Assembly: GCA_040954595.2 (NCBI GenBank)
Contig: CM082581.2
Location: 1,418,699 to 1,482,698, forward strand
Origin: Balanoglossus misakiensis
Taxonomy: Eukaryota > Animalia > Hemichordata
DNA length: 64,000 nt
Direction of reading: 5' to 3'
The position numbers were made by a program, and so were the translations under genes. Under the pieces are notes generated by a model. It was not told where the DNA came from, ran no database searches, and saw nothing but the letters and a program-made list of their open reading frames with translations. Positions 50,817 through 63,538 of this stretch are shown here, piece after piece. Every line of letters begins with the position of its first letter. The first letter of the stretch is position 1.

Positions 50817-53800
50817 ATTGACCCACAAATCACTCAAAATTAATAGGCAGGATACTGTCCACTCTGGCCTGGTTACTGTCTGGCCTGCTTAATGTTGACG
50901 CAAAGGTTGACCCCACCAAACACTCAAAATTAATAGGCAGCATACTGGCCACTCTGGCCTAGTTAATGTTGACGCAAAGGTTGACCCCCACCAAACACTC
51001 AAAATCAATGGGCAGCATACTGTCCACTATGGCCTGGTTACTGTGTGCTCTGGTTAATGTTGACGCAAAGGTTGACCCCACCAAACACTCAAAATTAATG
51101 GGCAGCACACTGTCCACTACGGCCTGGTTACTGTGTGCTCTGGTTAATGTTGATGCAAAGGTTGACCCCACCAAACACTCAAAATTAATGGGCAGAACAC
51201 TGTCCACTATGGCCTGGTTACTGTGTGCTCTGGTTAATGTTGATGCAAAGGTTGACCCCACCAAACACTCAAAATTAATGGGCAGGATACTGGCCACTCT
51301 GGCCTAGTTAATGTTGACGCAAAGGTTGACCCCCACCAAACACTCAAAATTAATGGGCACGATACTGGCCACTCTGGCCTAGTTAATGTTGACGCAAAGG
51401 TTGACCCCACCAAACACTCAAAATTAATGGGCAGCACACTGTCCACTACGGCCTGGTTACTGTGTGCTCTGGTTAATGTTGATGCAAAGGTTGACCCCAC
51501 CAAACACTCAAAATTAATGGGCAGAACACTGTCCACTATGGCCTGGTTACTGTGTGCTCTGGTTAATGTTGATGCAAAGGTTGACCCCACCAAACACTCA
51601 AAATTAATGGGCAGGATACTGGCCACTCTGGCCTAGTTAATGTTGACGCAAAGGTTGACCCCCACCAAACACTCAAAATTAATGGGCACGATACTGGCCA
51701 CTCTGGCCTAGTTAATGTTGACGCAAAGGTTGACCCCCACGAAACACTCAAAATTAATGGGCACGATACTGGCCACTCTGGCCTAGTTAATGTTGACGCA
51801 AAGGTTGACCCCACCAAACACTCAAAATTAATGGGCAGCACACTGTCCACTACGGCCTGGTTACTGTGTGCTCTGGTTAATGTTGACGCAAAGGTTGACC
51901 CCACCAAACACTCAAAATTAATGGGCAGAACACTGTCCACTATGGCCTGGTTACTGTGTGCTCTGGTTAATGTTGACGCAAAGGTTGACCCCACCAAACA
52001 CTCAAAATTAATGGGCAGAACACTGTCCACTACGGCCTGGTTATTGTGTGCTCTGGTTAATGTTGACGCAAAGGTTGACGCCACCAAACACTCAAAATCA
52101 ATGGGCAGCATACTGTCCACTACGGCCTGGTTACTGTGTGCTCTGGTTAATGTTGACGCAAAGGTTGACCCCACCAAACACTCAAAATTAATGGGCAGAA
52201 CACTGTCCACTATGGCCTGGTTACTGTGTGCTCTGGTTAATGTTGACGCAAAGGTTGACCCCACCAAACACTCAAAATTAATGGGCAGCACACTGTCCAC
52301 TATGGCCTGGTTACTGTGTGCTCTGGTTAATGTTGACGCAAAGGTTGACCCCACCAAACACTCAAAATTAATGGGCAGAACACTGTCCACTACGGCCTGG
52401 TTACTGTGTGCTCTGGTTAATGTTGACGCAAAGGTTGACCCCACCAAACACTCAAAATTAATGGGCAGAACACTGTCCACTATGGCCTGGTTACTGTGTG
52501 CTCTGGTTAATGTTGACGCAAAGGTTGACCCCACCAAACACTCAAAATTAATGGGCAGAACACTGTCCACTACGGCCTGGTTACTGTGTGCTCTGGTTAA
52601 TGTTGACGCAAAGGTTGACCCCACCAAACACTCAAAATTAATGGGCAGAACACTGTCCACTACGGCCTGGTTACTGTGTGCTCTGGTTAATGTTGACGCA
52701 AAGGTTGACCCCACCAAACACTCAAAATTAATGGGCAGCACACTGTCCACTATGGCCTGGTTACTGTGGGCTCTGGTTAATGTTGACGCAAAGGTTGACC
52801 CCACCAAACACTCAAAATTAATGGGCAGAACACTGTCCACTACGGCCTGGTTACTGTGTGCTCTGGTTAATGATGACGCAAAGGTTGACCCCCACCAAAC
52901 ACTCAAAATTAATGGGCACGATACTGGCCACTCTGGCCTAGTTAATGTTGACGCAAAGGTTGACCCCACCAAACACTCAAAATTAATGGGCACGATACTG
53001 GCCAATCTGGCCTAGTTAATGTTGACGCAAAGGTTGACCCCACCAAACACTCAAAATTAATGGGCACGATACTGGCCACTCTGGCCTAGTTAATGTTGAC
53101 GCAAAGGTTGACCCCACCAAACACTCAAAATTAATGGGCACGATACTGGCCACTCTGGCCTAGTTAATGTTGACGCAAAGGTTGAACCCACCAAACACTC
53201 AAAATTAATGGGCAGAACACTGTCCACTATGGCCTGGTTACTCTGTGCTCTGGTTAATGTTGACGCAAAGGTTGACCCCACCAAACACTCAAAATTAATG
53301 GGCAGCACACTGTCCACTATGGCCTGGTTACTGTGTGCTCTGGTTAATGTTGACGCAAAGGTTGACCCCACCAAACACTCAAAATTAATGGGCAGAACAC
53401 TGTCCACTACGGCCTGGTTACTGTGTGCTCTGGTTAATGTTGACGCAAAGGTTGACCCCACCAAACACTCAAAATTAATGGGCAGCACACTGTCCACTAT
53501 GGCCTGGTTACTGTGTGCTCTGGTTAATGTTGACGCAAAGGTTGACCCCACCAAACACTCAAAATTAATGGGCAGAACACTGTCCACTACGGCCTGGTTA
53601 CTGTGTGCTCTGGTTAATGTTGACGCAAAGGTTGACCCCACCAAACACTCAAAATTAATGGGCAGAACACTGTCCACTACGGCCTGGTTACTGTGTGCTC
53701 TGGTTAATGTTGACGCAAAGGTTGACCCCACCAAACACTCAAAATTAATGGGCAGAACACTGTCCACTATGGCCTGGTTACTGTGTGCTCTGGTTAATGT

Positions 53801-56800
53801 TGACGCAAAGGTTGACCCCACCAAACACTCAAAATTAATGGGCAGAACACTGTCCACTACGGCCTGGTTACTGTGTGCTCTGGTTAATGTTGACGCAAAG
53901 GTTGACCCCACCAAACACCCAAAATTAATGGGCAGAACACTGTCCACTATGGCCTGGTTACTGTGTGCTCTGGTTAATGTTGACGCAAAGGTTGACCCCA
54001 CCAAACACTCAAAATTAATGGGCAGAACACTGTCCACTACGGCCTGGTTACTGTGTGCTCTGGTTAATGTTGACGCAAAGGTTGACCCCACCAAACACTC
54101 AAAATTAATGGGCAGAACACTGTCCACTACGGCCTGGTTACTGTGTGCTCTGGTTAATGTTGACGCAAAGGTTGACCCCACCAAACACCCAAAATTAATG
54201 GGCAGAACACTGTCCACTATGGCCTGGTTACTGTGTGCTCTGGTTAATGTTGACGCAAAGGTTGACCCCACCAAACACTCAAAATTAATGGGCAGAACAC
54301 TGTCCACTACGGCCTGGTTACTGTGTGCTCTGGTTAATGTTGACGCAAAGGTTGACCCCACCAAACACTCAAAATTAATGGGCAGAACACTGTCCACTAC
54401 GGCCTGGTTACTGTGTGCTCTGGTTAATGTTGACGCAAAGGTTGACCCCACCAAACACTCAAAATTAATGGGCAGAACACTGTCCACTACGGCCTGGTTA
54501 CTGTGTGCTCTGGTTAATGTTGACGCAAAGGTTGACCCCACCAAACACTCAAAATTAATGGGCAGAACACTGTCCACTATGGCCTGGTTACTGTGTGCTC
54601 TGGTTAATGTTGACGCAAAGGTTGACCCCACCAAACACTCAAAGTTAATGGGCAGAACACTGTCCACTACGGCCTGGTTACTGTGTGCTCTGGTTAATGT
54701 TGACGCAAAGGTTGACCCCACCAAACACTCAAAATTAATGGGCAGCACACTGTCCACTATGGCCTGGTTACTGTGTGCTCTGGTTAATGTTGACGCAAAG
54801 GTTGACCCCACCAAACACTCAAAATTAATGGGCAGAACACTGTCCACTACGGCCTGGTTACTGTGTGCTCTGGTTAATGTTGACGCAAAGGTTGACCCCA
54901 CCAAACACTCAAAATTAATGGGCAGAACACTGTCCACTATGGCCTGGTTACTGTGTGCTCTGGTTAATGTTGACGCAAAGGTTGACCCCACCAAACACTC
55001 AAAATTAATGGGCAGAACACTGTCCACTACGGTCTGGTTACTGTGTGCTCTGGTTAATGTTGACGCAAAGGTTGACCCCACCAAACACTCAAAATTAATG
55101 GGCAGAACACTGTCCACTATGGCCTGGTTACTGTGTGCTCTGGTTAATGTTGACGCAAAGGTTGACCCCACCAAACACTCAAAATTAATGGGCAGCACAC
55201 TGTCCACTATGGCCTGGTTACTGTGTGCTCTGGTTAATGTTGACGCAAAGGTTGACCCCACCAAACACTCAAAATTAATGGGCAGCACACTGTCCACTAT
55301 GGCCTGGTTACTGTGCGCTCTGGTTAATGTTGACGCAAAGGTTGACCCCACCAAACACTCAAAATTAATGGGCAGAACACTGTCCACTACGGCCTGGTTA
55401 CTGTGTGCTCTGGTTAATGTTGACGCAAAGGTTGACCCCCACCAAACACTCAAAATTAATGGGCAGAACACTGTCCACTACGGCCTGGTTACTGTGTGCT
55501 CTGGTTAATGTTGACGCAAAGGTTGACCCCCACCAAACACTCAAAATTAATGGGCACGATACTGGCCACTCTGGCCTAGTTAATGTTGACGCAAAGGTTG
55601 ACCCCACCAAACACTCAAAATTAATGGGCACGATACTGGCCACTCTGGCCTAGTTAATGTTGACGCAAAGGTTGACCCCACCAAACACTCAAAATTAATG
55701 GGCACGATACTGGCCACTCTGGCCTAGTTAATGTTGACGCAAAGGTTGACCCCACCAAACACTCAAAATTAATGGGCAAGATACTGGCCACTCTGGCCTA
55801 GTTAATGTTGACGCAAAGGTTGACCCCACCAAACACTCAAAATTAATGGGCAGAACACTGTCCACTATGGCCTGGTTACTGTGTGCTCTGGTTAATGTTG
55901 ACGCAAAGGTTGACCCCACCAAACACTCAAAATTAATGGGCAGAACACTGTCCACTACGGCCTGGTTACTGTGTGCTCTGGTTAATGTTGACGCAAAGGT
56001 TGACCCCACCAAACACCCAAAATTAATGGGCAGAACACTGTCCACTATGGCCTGGTTACTGTGTGCTCTGGTTAATGTTGACGCAAAGGTTGACCCCACC
56101 AAACACTCAAAATTAATGGGCAGAACACTGTCCACTACGGCCTGGTTACTGTGTGCTCTGGTTAATGTTGACGCAAAGGTTGACCCCACCAAACACTCAA
56201 AATTAATGGGCAGAACACTGTCCACTACGGCCTGGTTACTGTGTGCTCTGGTTAATGTTGACGCAAAGGTTGACCCCACCAAACACCCAAAATTAATGGG
56301 CAGAACACTGTCCACTATGGCCTGGTTACTGTGTGCTCTGGTTAATGTTGACGCAAAGGTTGACCCCACCAAACACTCAAAATTAATGGGCAGAACACTG
56401 TCCACTACGGCCTGGTTACTGTGTGCTCTGGTTAATGTTGACGCAAAGGTTGACCCCACCAAACACTCAAAATTAATGGGCAGAACACTGTCCACTACGG
56501 CCTGGTTACTGTGTGCTGTGGTTAATGTTGACGCAAAGGTTGACCCCACCAAACACTCAAAATTAATGGGCAGAACACTGTCCACTACGGCCTGGTTACT
56601 GTGTGCTCTGGTTAATGTTGACGCAAAGGTTGACCCCACCAAACACTCAAAATTAATGGGCAGAACACTGTCCACTATGGCCTGGTTACTGTGTGCTCTG
56701 GTTAATGTTGACGCAAAGGTTGACCCCACCAAACACTCAAAGTTAATGGGCAGAACACTGTCCACTACGGCCTGGTTACTGTGTGCTCTGGTTAATGTTG

Positions 56801-59800
56801 ACGCAAAGGTTGACCCCACCAAACACTCAAAATTAATGGGCAGCACACTGTCCACTATGGCCTGGTTACTGTGTGCTCTGGTTAATGTTGACGCAAAGGT
56901 TGACCCCACCAAACACTCAAAATTAATGGGCAGAACACTGTCCACTACGGCCTGGTTACTGTGTGCTCTGGTTAATGTTGACGCAAAGGTTGACCCCACC
57001 AAACACTCAAAATTAATGGGCAGAACACTGTCCACTATGGCCTGGTTACTGTGTGCTCTGGTTAATGTTGACGCAAAGGTTGACCCCACCAAACACTCAA
57101 AATTAATGGGCAGAACACTGTCCACTACGGTCTGGTTACTGTGTGCTCTGGTTAATGTTGACGCAAAGGTTGACCCCACCAAACACTCAAAATTAATGGG
57201 CAGAACACTGTCCACTATGGCCTGGTTACTGTGTGCTCTGGTTAATGTTGACGCAAAGGTTGACCCCACCAAACACTCAAAATTAATGGGCAGCACACTG
57301 TCCACTATGGCCTGGTTACTGTGTGCTCTGGTTAATGTTGACGCAAAGGTTGACCCCACCAAACACTCAAAATTAATGGGCAGCACACTGTCCACTATGG
57401 CCTGGTTACTGTGCGCTCTGGTTAATGTTGACGCAAAGGTTGACCCCACCAAACACTCAAAATTAATGGGCAGAACACTGTCCACTACGGCCTGGTTACT
57501 GTGTGCTCTGGTTAATGTTGACGCAAAGGTTGACCCCCACCAAACACTCAAAATTAATGGGCAGAACACTGTCCACTACGGCCTGGTTACTGTGTGCTCT
57601 GGTTAATGTTGACGCAAAGGTTGACCCCCACCAAACACTCAAAATTAATGGGCACGATACTGGCCACTCTGGCCTAGTTAATGTTGACGCAAAGGTTGAC
57701 CCCACCAAACACTCAAAATTAATGGGCACGATACTGGCCACTCTGGCCTAGTTAATGTTGACGCAAAGGTTGACCCCACCAAACACTCAAAATTAATGGG
57801 CACGATACTGGCCACTCTGGCCTAGTTAATGTTGACGCAAAGGTTGACCCCACCAAACACTCAAAATTAATGGGCACGATACTGGCCACTCTGGCCTAGT
57901 TAATGTTGACGCAAAGGTTGACCCCACCAAACACTCAAAATTAATGGGCACGATACTGGCCACTCTGGCCTAGTTAATGTTGACGCAAAGGTTGACCCCA
58001 CCAAACACTCAAAATTAATGGGCAGAACACTGTCCACTACGGCCTGGTTACTGTGTGCTCTGGTTAATGTTGACGCAAAGGTTGACCCCACCAAACACTC
58101 AAAATTAATGGGCAGAACACTGTCCACTCGACCTGGTTACTGTGTGCTCTGGTTAATGTTGACGCACAGGTTGACCCCACCAAACACTCAAAATTAATGG
58201 GCAGAACACTGTCCACTACGGCCTGGTTACTGTGTGCTCTGGTTAATGTTGACGCAAAGGTTGACCCCACCAAACACTCAAAATTAATGGGCAGCACACT
58301 GTCCACTATGGCCTGGTTACTGTGTGCTCTGGTTAATGTTGACGCAAAGGTTGACCCCACCAAACACTCAAAATTAATGGGCAGAACACTGTCCACTACG
58401 GCCTGGTTACTGTGTGCTCTGGTTAATGTTGACGCAAAGGTTGACCCCCATCAAACACTCAAAATTAATGGGCACGATACTGGCCACTCTGGCCTGGTTA
58501 CTGTGTGCTCTGGTTAATGTTGACGCAAAGGTTGACCCCACCAAACACTCAAAATTAATGGGCAGAACACTGTCCACTACGGCCTGGTTACTGTGTGCTC
58601 TGGTTAATGTTGACGCAAAGGTTGACCCCACCAAACACTCAAAATTAATGGGCAGAACACTGTCCACTACGGCCTGGTTACTGTGTGCTCTGGTTAATGT
58701 TGACGCAAAGGTTGACCCCACCAAACACTCAAAATTAATGGGCAGAACACTGTCCACTATGGCCTGGTTACTGTGTGCTCTGGTTAATGTTGACGCAAAG
58801 GTTGACCCCACCAAACACTCAAAATTAATGGGCAGAACACTGTCCACTACGGCCTGGTTACTGTGTGCTCTGGTTAATGTTGACGCAAAGGTTGACCCCA
58901 CCAAACACTCAAAATTAATGGGCAGAACACTGTCCACTACGGCCTGGTTACTGTGTGCTCTGGTTAATGTTGACGCAAAGGTTGACCCCACCAAACACTC
59001 AAAATTAATGGGCAGAACACTGTCCACTACGGCCTGGTTACTGTGTGCTCTGGTTAATGTTGACGCAAAGGTTGACCCCACCAAACACTCAAAATTAATG
59101 GGCAGAACACTGTCCACTACGGCCTGGTTACTGTGTGCTCTGGTTAATGTTGACGCAAAGGTTGACCCCACCAAACACTCAAAATTAATGGGCAGAACAC
59201 TGTCCACTATGGCCTGGTTACTGTGTGCTCTGGTTAATGTTGACGCAAAGGTTGACCCCACCAAACACTCAAAATTAATGGGCAGAACACTGTCCACTAC
59301 GGCCTGGTTACTGTGTGCTCTGGTTAATGTTGACGCAAAGGTTGACCCCACCAAACACTCAAAATTAATGGGCAGCACACTGTCCACTATGGCCTGGTTA
59401 CTGTGTGCTCTGGTTAATGTTGACGCAAAGGTTGACCCCACCAAACACTCAAAATTAATGGGCAGAACACTGTCCACTACGGCCTGGTTACTGTGTGCTC
59501 TGGTTAATGTTGACGCAAAGGTTGACCCCACCAAACACTCAAAATTAATGGGCAGAACACTGTCCACTATGGCCTGGTTACTGTGTGCTCTGGTTAATGT
59601 TGACGCAAAGGTTGACCCCACCAAACACTCAAAATTAATGGGCAGAACACTGTCCACTACGGCCTGGTTACTGTGTGCTCTGGTTAATGTTGACGCAAAG
59701 GTTGACCCCACCAAACACTCAAAATTAATGGGCAGAACACTGTCCACTACGGCCTGGTTACTGTGTGCTCTGGTTAATGTTGACGCAAAGGTTGACCCCA

Positions 59801-60710
59801 CCAAACACTCAAAATTAATGGGCAGCACACTGTTTACTATGGCCTGGTTACTGTGTGCTCTGGTTAATGTTGACGCAAAGGTTGACCCCACCAAACACTC
59901 AAAATTAATGGGCAGAACACTGTCCACTACGGCCTGGTTACTGTGTGCTCTGGTTAATGTTGACGCAAAGGTTGACCCCCACCAAACACTCAAAATTAAT
60001 GGGCACGATACTGGCCACTCTGGCCTAGTTAATGTTGACGCAAAGGTTGACCCCACCAAACACTCAAAATTAATGGGCAAGATACTGGCCACTCTGGCCT
60101 AGTTAATGTTGACGCAAAGGTTGACCCCACCAAACACTCAAAATTAATGGGCATGATACTGGCCACTCTGGCCTAGTTAATGTTGACGCAAAGGTTGACC
60201 CCACCAAACACTCAAAATTAATGGGCACGATACTGGCCACTCTGGCCTAGTTAATGTTGACGCAAAGGTTGACCCCACCAAACACTCAAAATTAATGGGC
60301 AGAACACTGTCCACTACGGCCTGGTTACTGTGTGCTCTGGTTAATGTTGACGCAAAGGTTGACCCCACCAAACACTCAAAATTAATGGGCAGAACACTGT
60401 CCACTACGGCCTGGTTACTGTGTGCTCTGGTTAATGTTGACGCAAAGGTTGACCCCACCAAACACTCAAAATTAATGGGCAGAACACTGTCCACTACGGC
60501 CTGGTTACTGTGTGCTCTGGTTAATGTTGACGCAAAGGTTGACCCCACCAAACACTCAAAATTAATGGGCAGCACACTGTCCACTATGGCCTGGTTACTG
60601 TGTGCTCTGGTTAATGTTGACGCAAAGGTTGACCCCCATCAAACACTCAAAATTAATGGGCACGATACTGGCCACTCTGGCCTGGTTACTGTGTGCTCTG
60701 GTTAATGTTA
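50817..60710. repeat. Homogeneous satellite of 90-bp monomers interspersed with short runs of a 74/75-bp variant
   Basis: 90-mer gttaatgttgacgcaaaggttgaccccaccaaacactcaaaattaatgggcagaacactgtccactacggcctggttactgtgtgctctg; the 74-mer ends ...gggcacgatactggccactctggccta. The first units at 50817-50960 are degenerate. Confidence 0.98.
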
Positions 60711-60942
60711 ATGGTAGGTCGTGGCTGTCTCATTTCAGGGATTTGTGGACTAAATGTCAATCTTTGTACTATTCGTACATGAAACTTTTCTTTCAAATAC
60801 AACTTACAGACCAACATAGACAGTCATGCTTATATAAGTATGACTATCTATTAAAGTAACATTCATATCATGATTGTTGTTTTACACTGTGTTTTCAAAG
60901 TAATTGTTGCAGTAAACCAATTGCCTTGCTTGGAAATATTAA

Positions 60943-61049
60943 AAGGAAAGTCCTGTCCAGCTGATTTATGCATAATTTCTACACAATGTTTTTTTCTGAA
61001 AGAATGACCTCAAAGCTACCCAATTATGTAGCTGAACCGGACTTCCCCT
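60943..61049. mobile_element. 107-bp MITE flanked by TTAA (Kolobok-like)
   Basis: TTAA 60939-60942 + AAGGAAAGTCCTGTCCAGCT ... AGCTGAACCGGACTTCCCCT + TTAA 61050-61053 (16/20 match). Confidence 0.7.
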
Positions 61050-61553
61050 TTAAATGCTACCAGTGAGCTTGTTTGTCTTTGTAAATACACTGAAGTATTA
61101 ATCCCCTTTTTCTCAGAATTCAATGCATCTTCATGCCATGAGGTGAGAGGACACTTTTGTTAGCAGGAGGGAAACAAATCCAAAATAAATAATAACAGTG
61201 CAAAGTTGGTCTGCTGACTTTCTCCACATTTCATTATTGAATTATGAAATCCAATTATGAAATTCAGCTTTTTGTCCACTTTTTGTTGCTGCAAATTCAT
61301 TGCGGTATAAAGGTCAATAATATGACAAATCTTGGTTAAAAGTATACAGTCACCTTCAATACACATTCCCATATATGGCTGAATGGCGTATTTGAGCATT
61401 CTAAAGAACATATGGTGGCGCCTGTTTTCCACGTGTGCCACCAAATGAAAATCTGTGATTGGCTAGATTTCAATTTTCCATGGTAACTATATATAGCTAA
61501 TTTTCCATGGGTGATCATATACCTTTAACTCTATAGTTTAACATAATACTTAC

Positions 61554-61739
61554 GAACACATGATTGGTTAAAAGTGTAGACATCATACATTGAGAGACCA
61601 GTTTCTCCAGGTGGCAGATAGAATCCACCTGTGCCGTTATTTGCATATAAGAGATAGCCTTCTTCACAGGAACATTGAAAACCACCTGCAGTGTTTTTAC
61701 AAAGTTGATCACAAGAATGTGAAGCACATTCATTTATAT
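61554..61739 (-). CDS. Exon (186 bp, phase 1-1): calcium-binding EGF domain with long insert, uninflatable-like protein
   Basis: DINECASHSCDQLCKNTAGGFQCSCEEGYLLYANNGTGGFYLPPGETGLSMYDVYTFNQSCV; AG at 61741-61740, GTAAGT at 61553-61548. The ORF track misses this exon (it shows other frames). Confidence 0.9.
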
Positions 61740-61769
61740 CTACAAAGAAGGAACATGGATTGGATTAAA

Positions 61770-62130
61770 ACAATGTACGTTCAGTAAAATTGAAAGTATT
61801 GTCATTTCTTTTAATCGTGAATTTTGGGATTATCTTGTGTACGTACAAGATGAATCTGTGATCAAATAAAGGCGTCACCTTGCTTGCTTTTGAAATACAA
61901 GGCCATTAATTTAGTTGATAATAGAAGAAACCTGCTGACTCAGCATGGTTCACCAATGGTTTGTCTATGGACAAAAACCTTAAAGAAATTTATCTCAAAA
62001 TAGAGCATTGTAATCACACAATTTTATTTGACTAATGAATTTATATTTACTAGACTGAGCTATGTGTAAAATTTCGTGAAAATGACAATAGTAGAAGTTT
62101 GTTTTCTAGCAATTATCAATGTAATCCTAT
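61770..62130 (-). mobile_element. Family A MITE in an intron
   Basis: Closely similar to 27810-28150 (aatttagttgataatagaagaaa...gactgagctatgtgtaaaatttcgtgaaaa...gtagaagtttgttttct). Confidence 0.75.
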
Positions 62131-62254
62131 GAGACACCTGAGATTAAAAGGTCATTCCAAAAATTTATCCGGAATTCTGAAATAAGTTCGGAATGTGTTA
62201 AATGTGAAAATAGTGACTTGAAGTTATGTTGCAAGTGACTTGTTTATGTCTCAC

Positions 62255-62383
62255 CTTTGCATGCTGTTCCATTCACATCTGGTTCAAATCCCACCAAACA
62301 TGCACACTGATAGTCACCATCTCTATTTTCACAGACTTGATTGATTCCACACCGTGCCACCAATGTACTACATTCATTGATAT
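62255..62383 (-). CDS. Exon (129 bp, phase 1-1): calcium-binding EGF domain
   Basis: DINECSTLVARCGINQVCENRDGDYQCACLVGFEPDVNGTACK; AG at 62385-62384, GTGAG at 62254-62250. Confidence 0.93.
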
Positions 62384-62475
62384 CTGAAATGTTATTCATC
62401 AAGATATGATCAAAATCCCACAGGTCCGCTGGTAAATTCAGACCAACAAGTTTAGCTGGGAACCACCAGACCAAC

Positions 62476-62669
62476 AGGAAATTTTCACAAACAAATTTTC
62501 GCGAACTATGCAAGAGCCAAAAAAAAAAGACATTTTTGCGTAAAAAACTATTTTCAGTGATAACAATGTAGTGAAATACGAGAACATGAAAATTAATCGT
62601 CTCATAACAGTTTCTGCTTTTGATATCGCAAAAAAATTCTTTGTCGCGAAAATTTCCTGTTTTACAGTA
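62476..62669. mobile_element. Degenerate TACAG-TA-ended MITE related to 42598-42799, in an intron
   Basis: Ends tcgcgaaaatttcctgttttacagta and has internal ttttcgcga motifs. The left terminus is unclear. Confidence 0.5.
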
Positions 62670-62860
62670 ATCAATGAAAAATAAAATTACGAAAATCATG
62701 AAATTTCTGACAGCCATAGATTTGCATGGTATGAACTGTATGTCCTATCAGCATGTAGTTTAGGTGACATTTATGATAAATAGTCAAATTACTGGAGTGA
62801 TCGATTACGGTACCTCATAAGCAGACAACCACATGAAGACCAATCTTGATGTGAACTTAC

Positions 62861-63043
62861 CAATGCATGATGGTATTGCACTATTCCACTGTAAATCGGA
62901 TTGACAAGTCAGGTAATCAGCACCATTTAATTCATAGCCAGCATTACAATAGAATGTGATGTTACTGCCCATATAATATGGTCCACTATCAGGGACAGCT
63001 TGTAGATGTGGGTCTGTTATGAGTATATCACTGCAGTTCAATC
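62861..63043 (-). CDS. Exon (183 bp, phase 1-1): Sushi/CCP domain
   Basis: LNCSDILITDPHLQAVPDSGPYYMGSNITFYCNAGYELNGADYLTCQSDLQWNSAIPSCI (4 Cys + Trp); AG at 63045-63044, GTAAGT at 62860-62855. Confidence 0.93.
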
Positions 63044-63129
63044 CTGCAAGTAAAAAAAAATAAAACACTATGTGGATGCAGACTTGAAGTGTGGTATATA
63101 TATTGGGTATCTGTATTCTGTCACAACTT

Positions 63130-63346
63130 TAACATTTTCACCCCAAGTTCCCACTATAAAAGTCCAGATACCATTGACTCCTTTTTTTCAATTATCGACT
63201 AAATTCATGACTCTGTATTTCAAAAACAAGCGTGGTGACCCCTATATTTTATCACAAATTTTCATTATACATACATAGGATAATCCAAAAATTAACAATT
63301 AAAAGAAATGACCATATTTTCAATTTTACTGAATGTACATCCTTAA
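63130..63346 (+). mobile_element. Family A MITE fragment in an intron, ending next to a splice donor
   Basis: Matches 18340-18526 and ends atgtacatccttaa. Confidence 0.7.
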
Positions 63347-63355
63347 ATGACTTAC

Positions 63356-63538
63356 GTTGACAGTATCCTGGATCTCCAATCCATGATCCATCTTCACCAC
63401 ATGTAGAGACAGTGTAGCCAGTCAGACTGTAGCCAGATGGACATGAGTAGGCAACGGTTGTTCCAAAAATCAATGAATCACCATTAACAATTTCATATGA
63501 TAAGTAGTTGTCTACATTCGGTGGTGGACACTCGCGAG
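63356..63538 (-). CDS. Exon (183 bp, phase 1-1): Sushi/CCP domain; the gene continues upstream beyond the window
   Basis: RECPPPNVDNYLSYEIVNGDSLIFGTTVAYSCPSGYSLTGYTVSTCGEDGSWIGDPGYCQ; AG at 63540-63539, GTAAGT at 63355-63350. Confidence 0.93.

Noticed and set aside
50959-60859. Long repetitive ORFs called as genuine CDS
   Set aside because: Explained by a stop-free 90-bp satellite unit; no credible start or splice context, and frames are broken by the 74/75-bp units. Kept only as a low-interest finding.
62244-62717. 157-aa ORF with an apparent signal peptide
   Set aside because: Only 62255-62383 is exonic; the hydrophobic N-terminus is translated intron and MITE.
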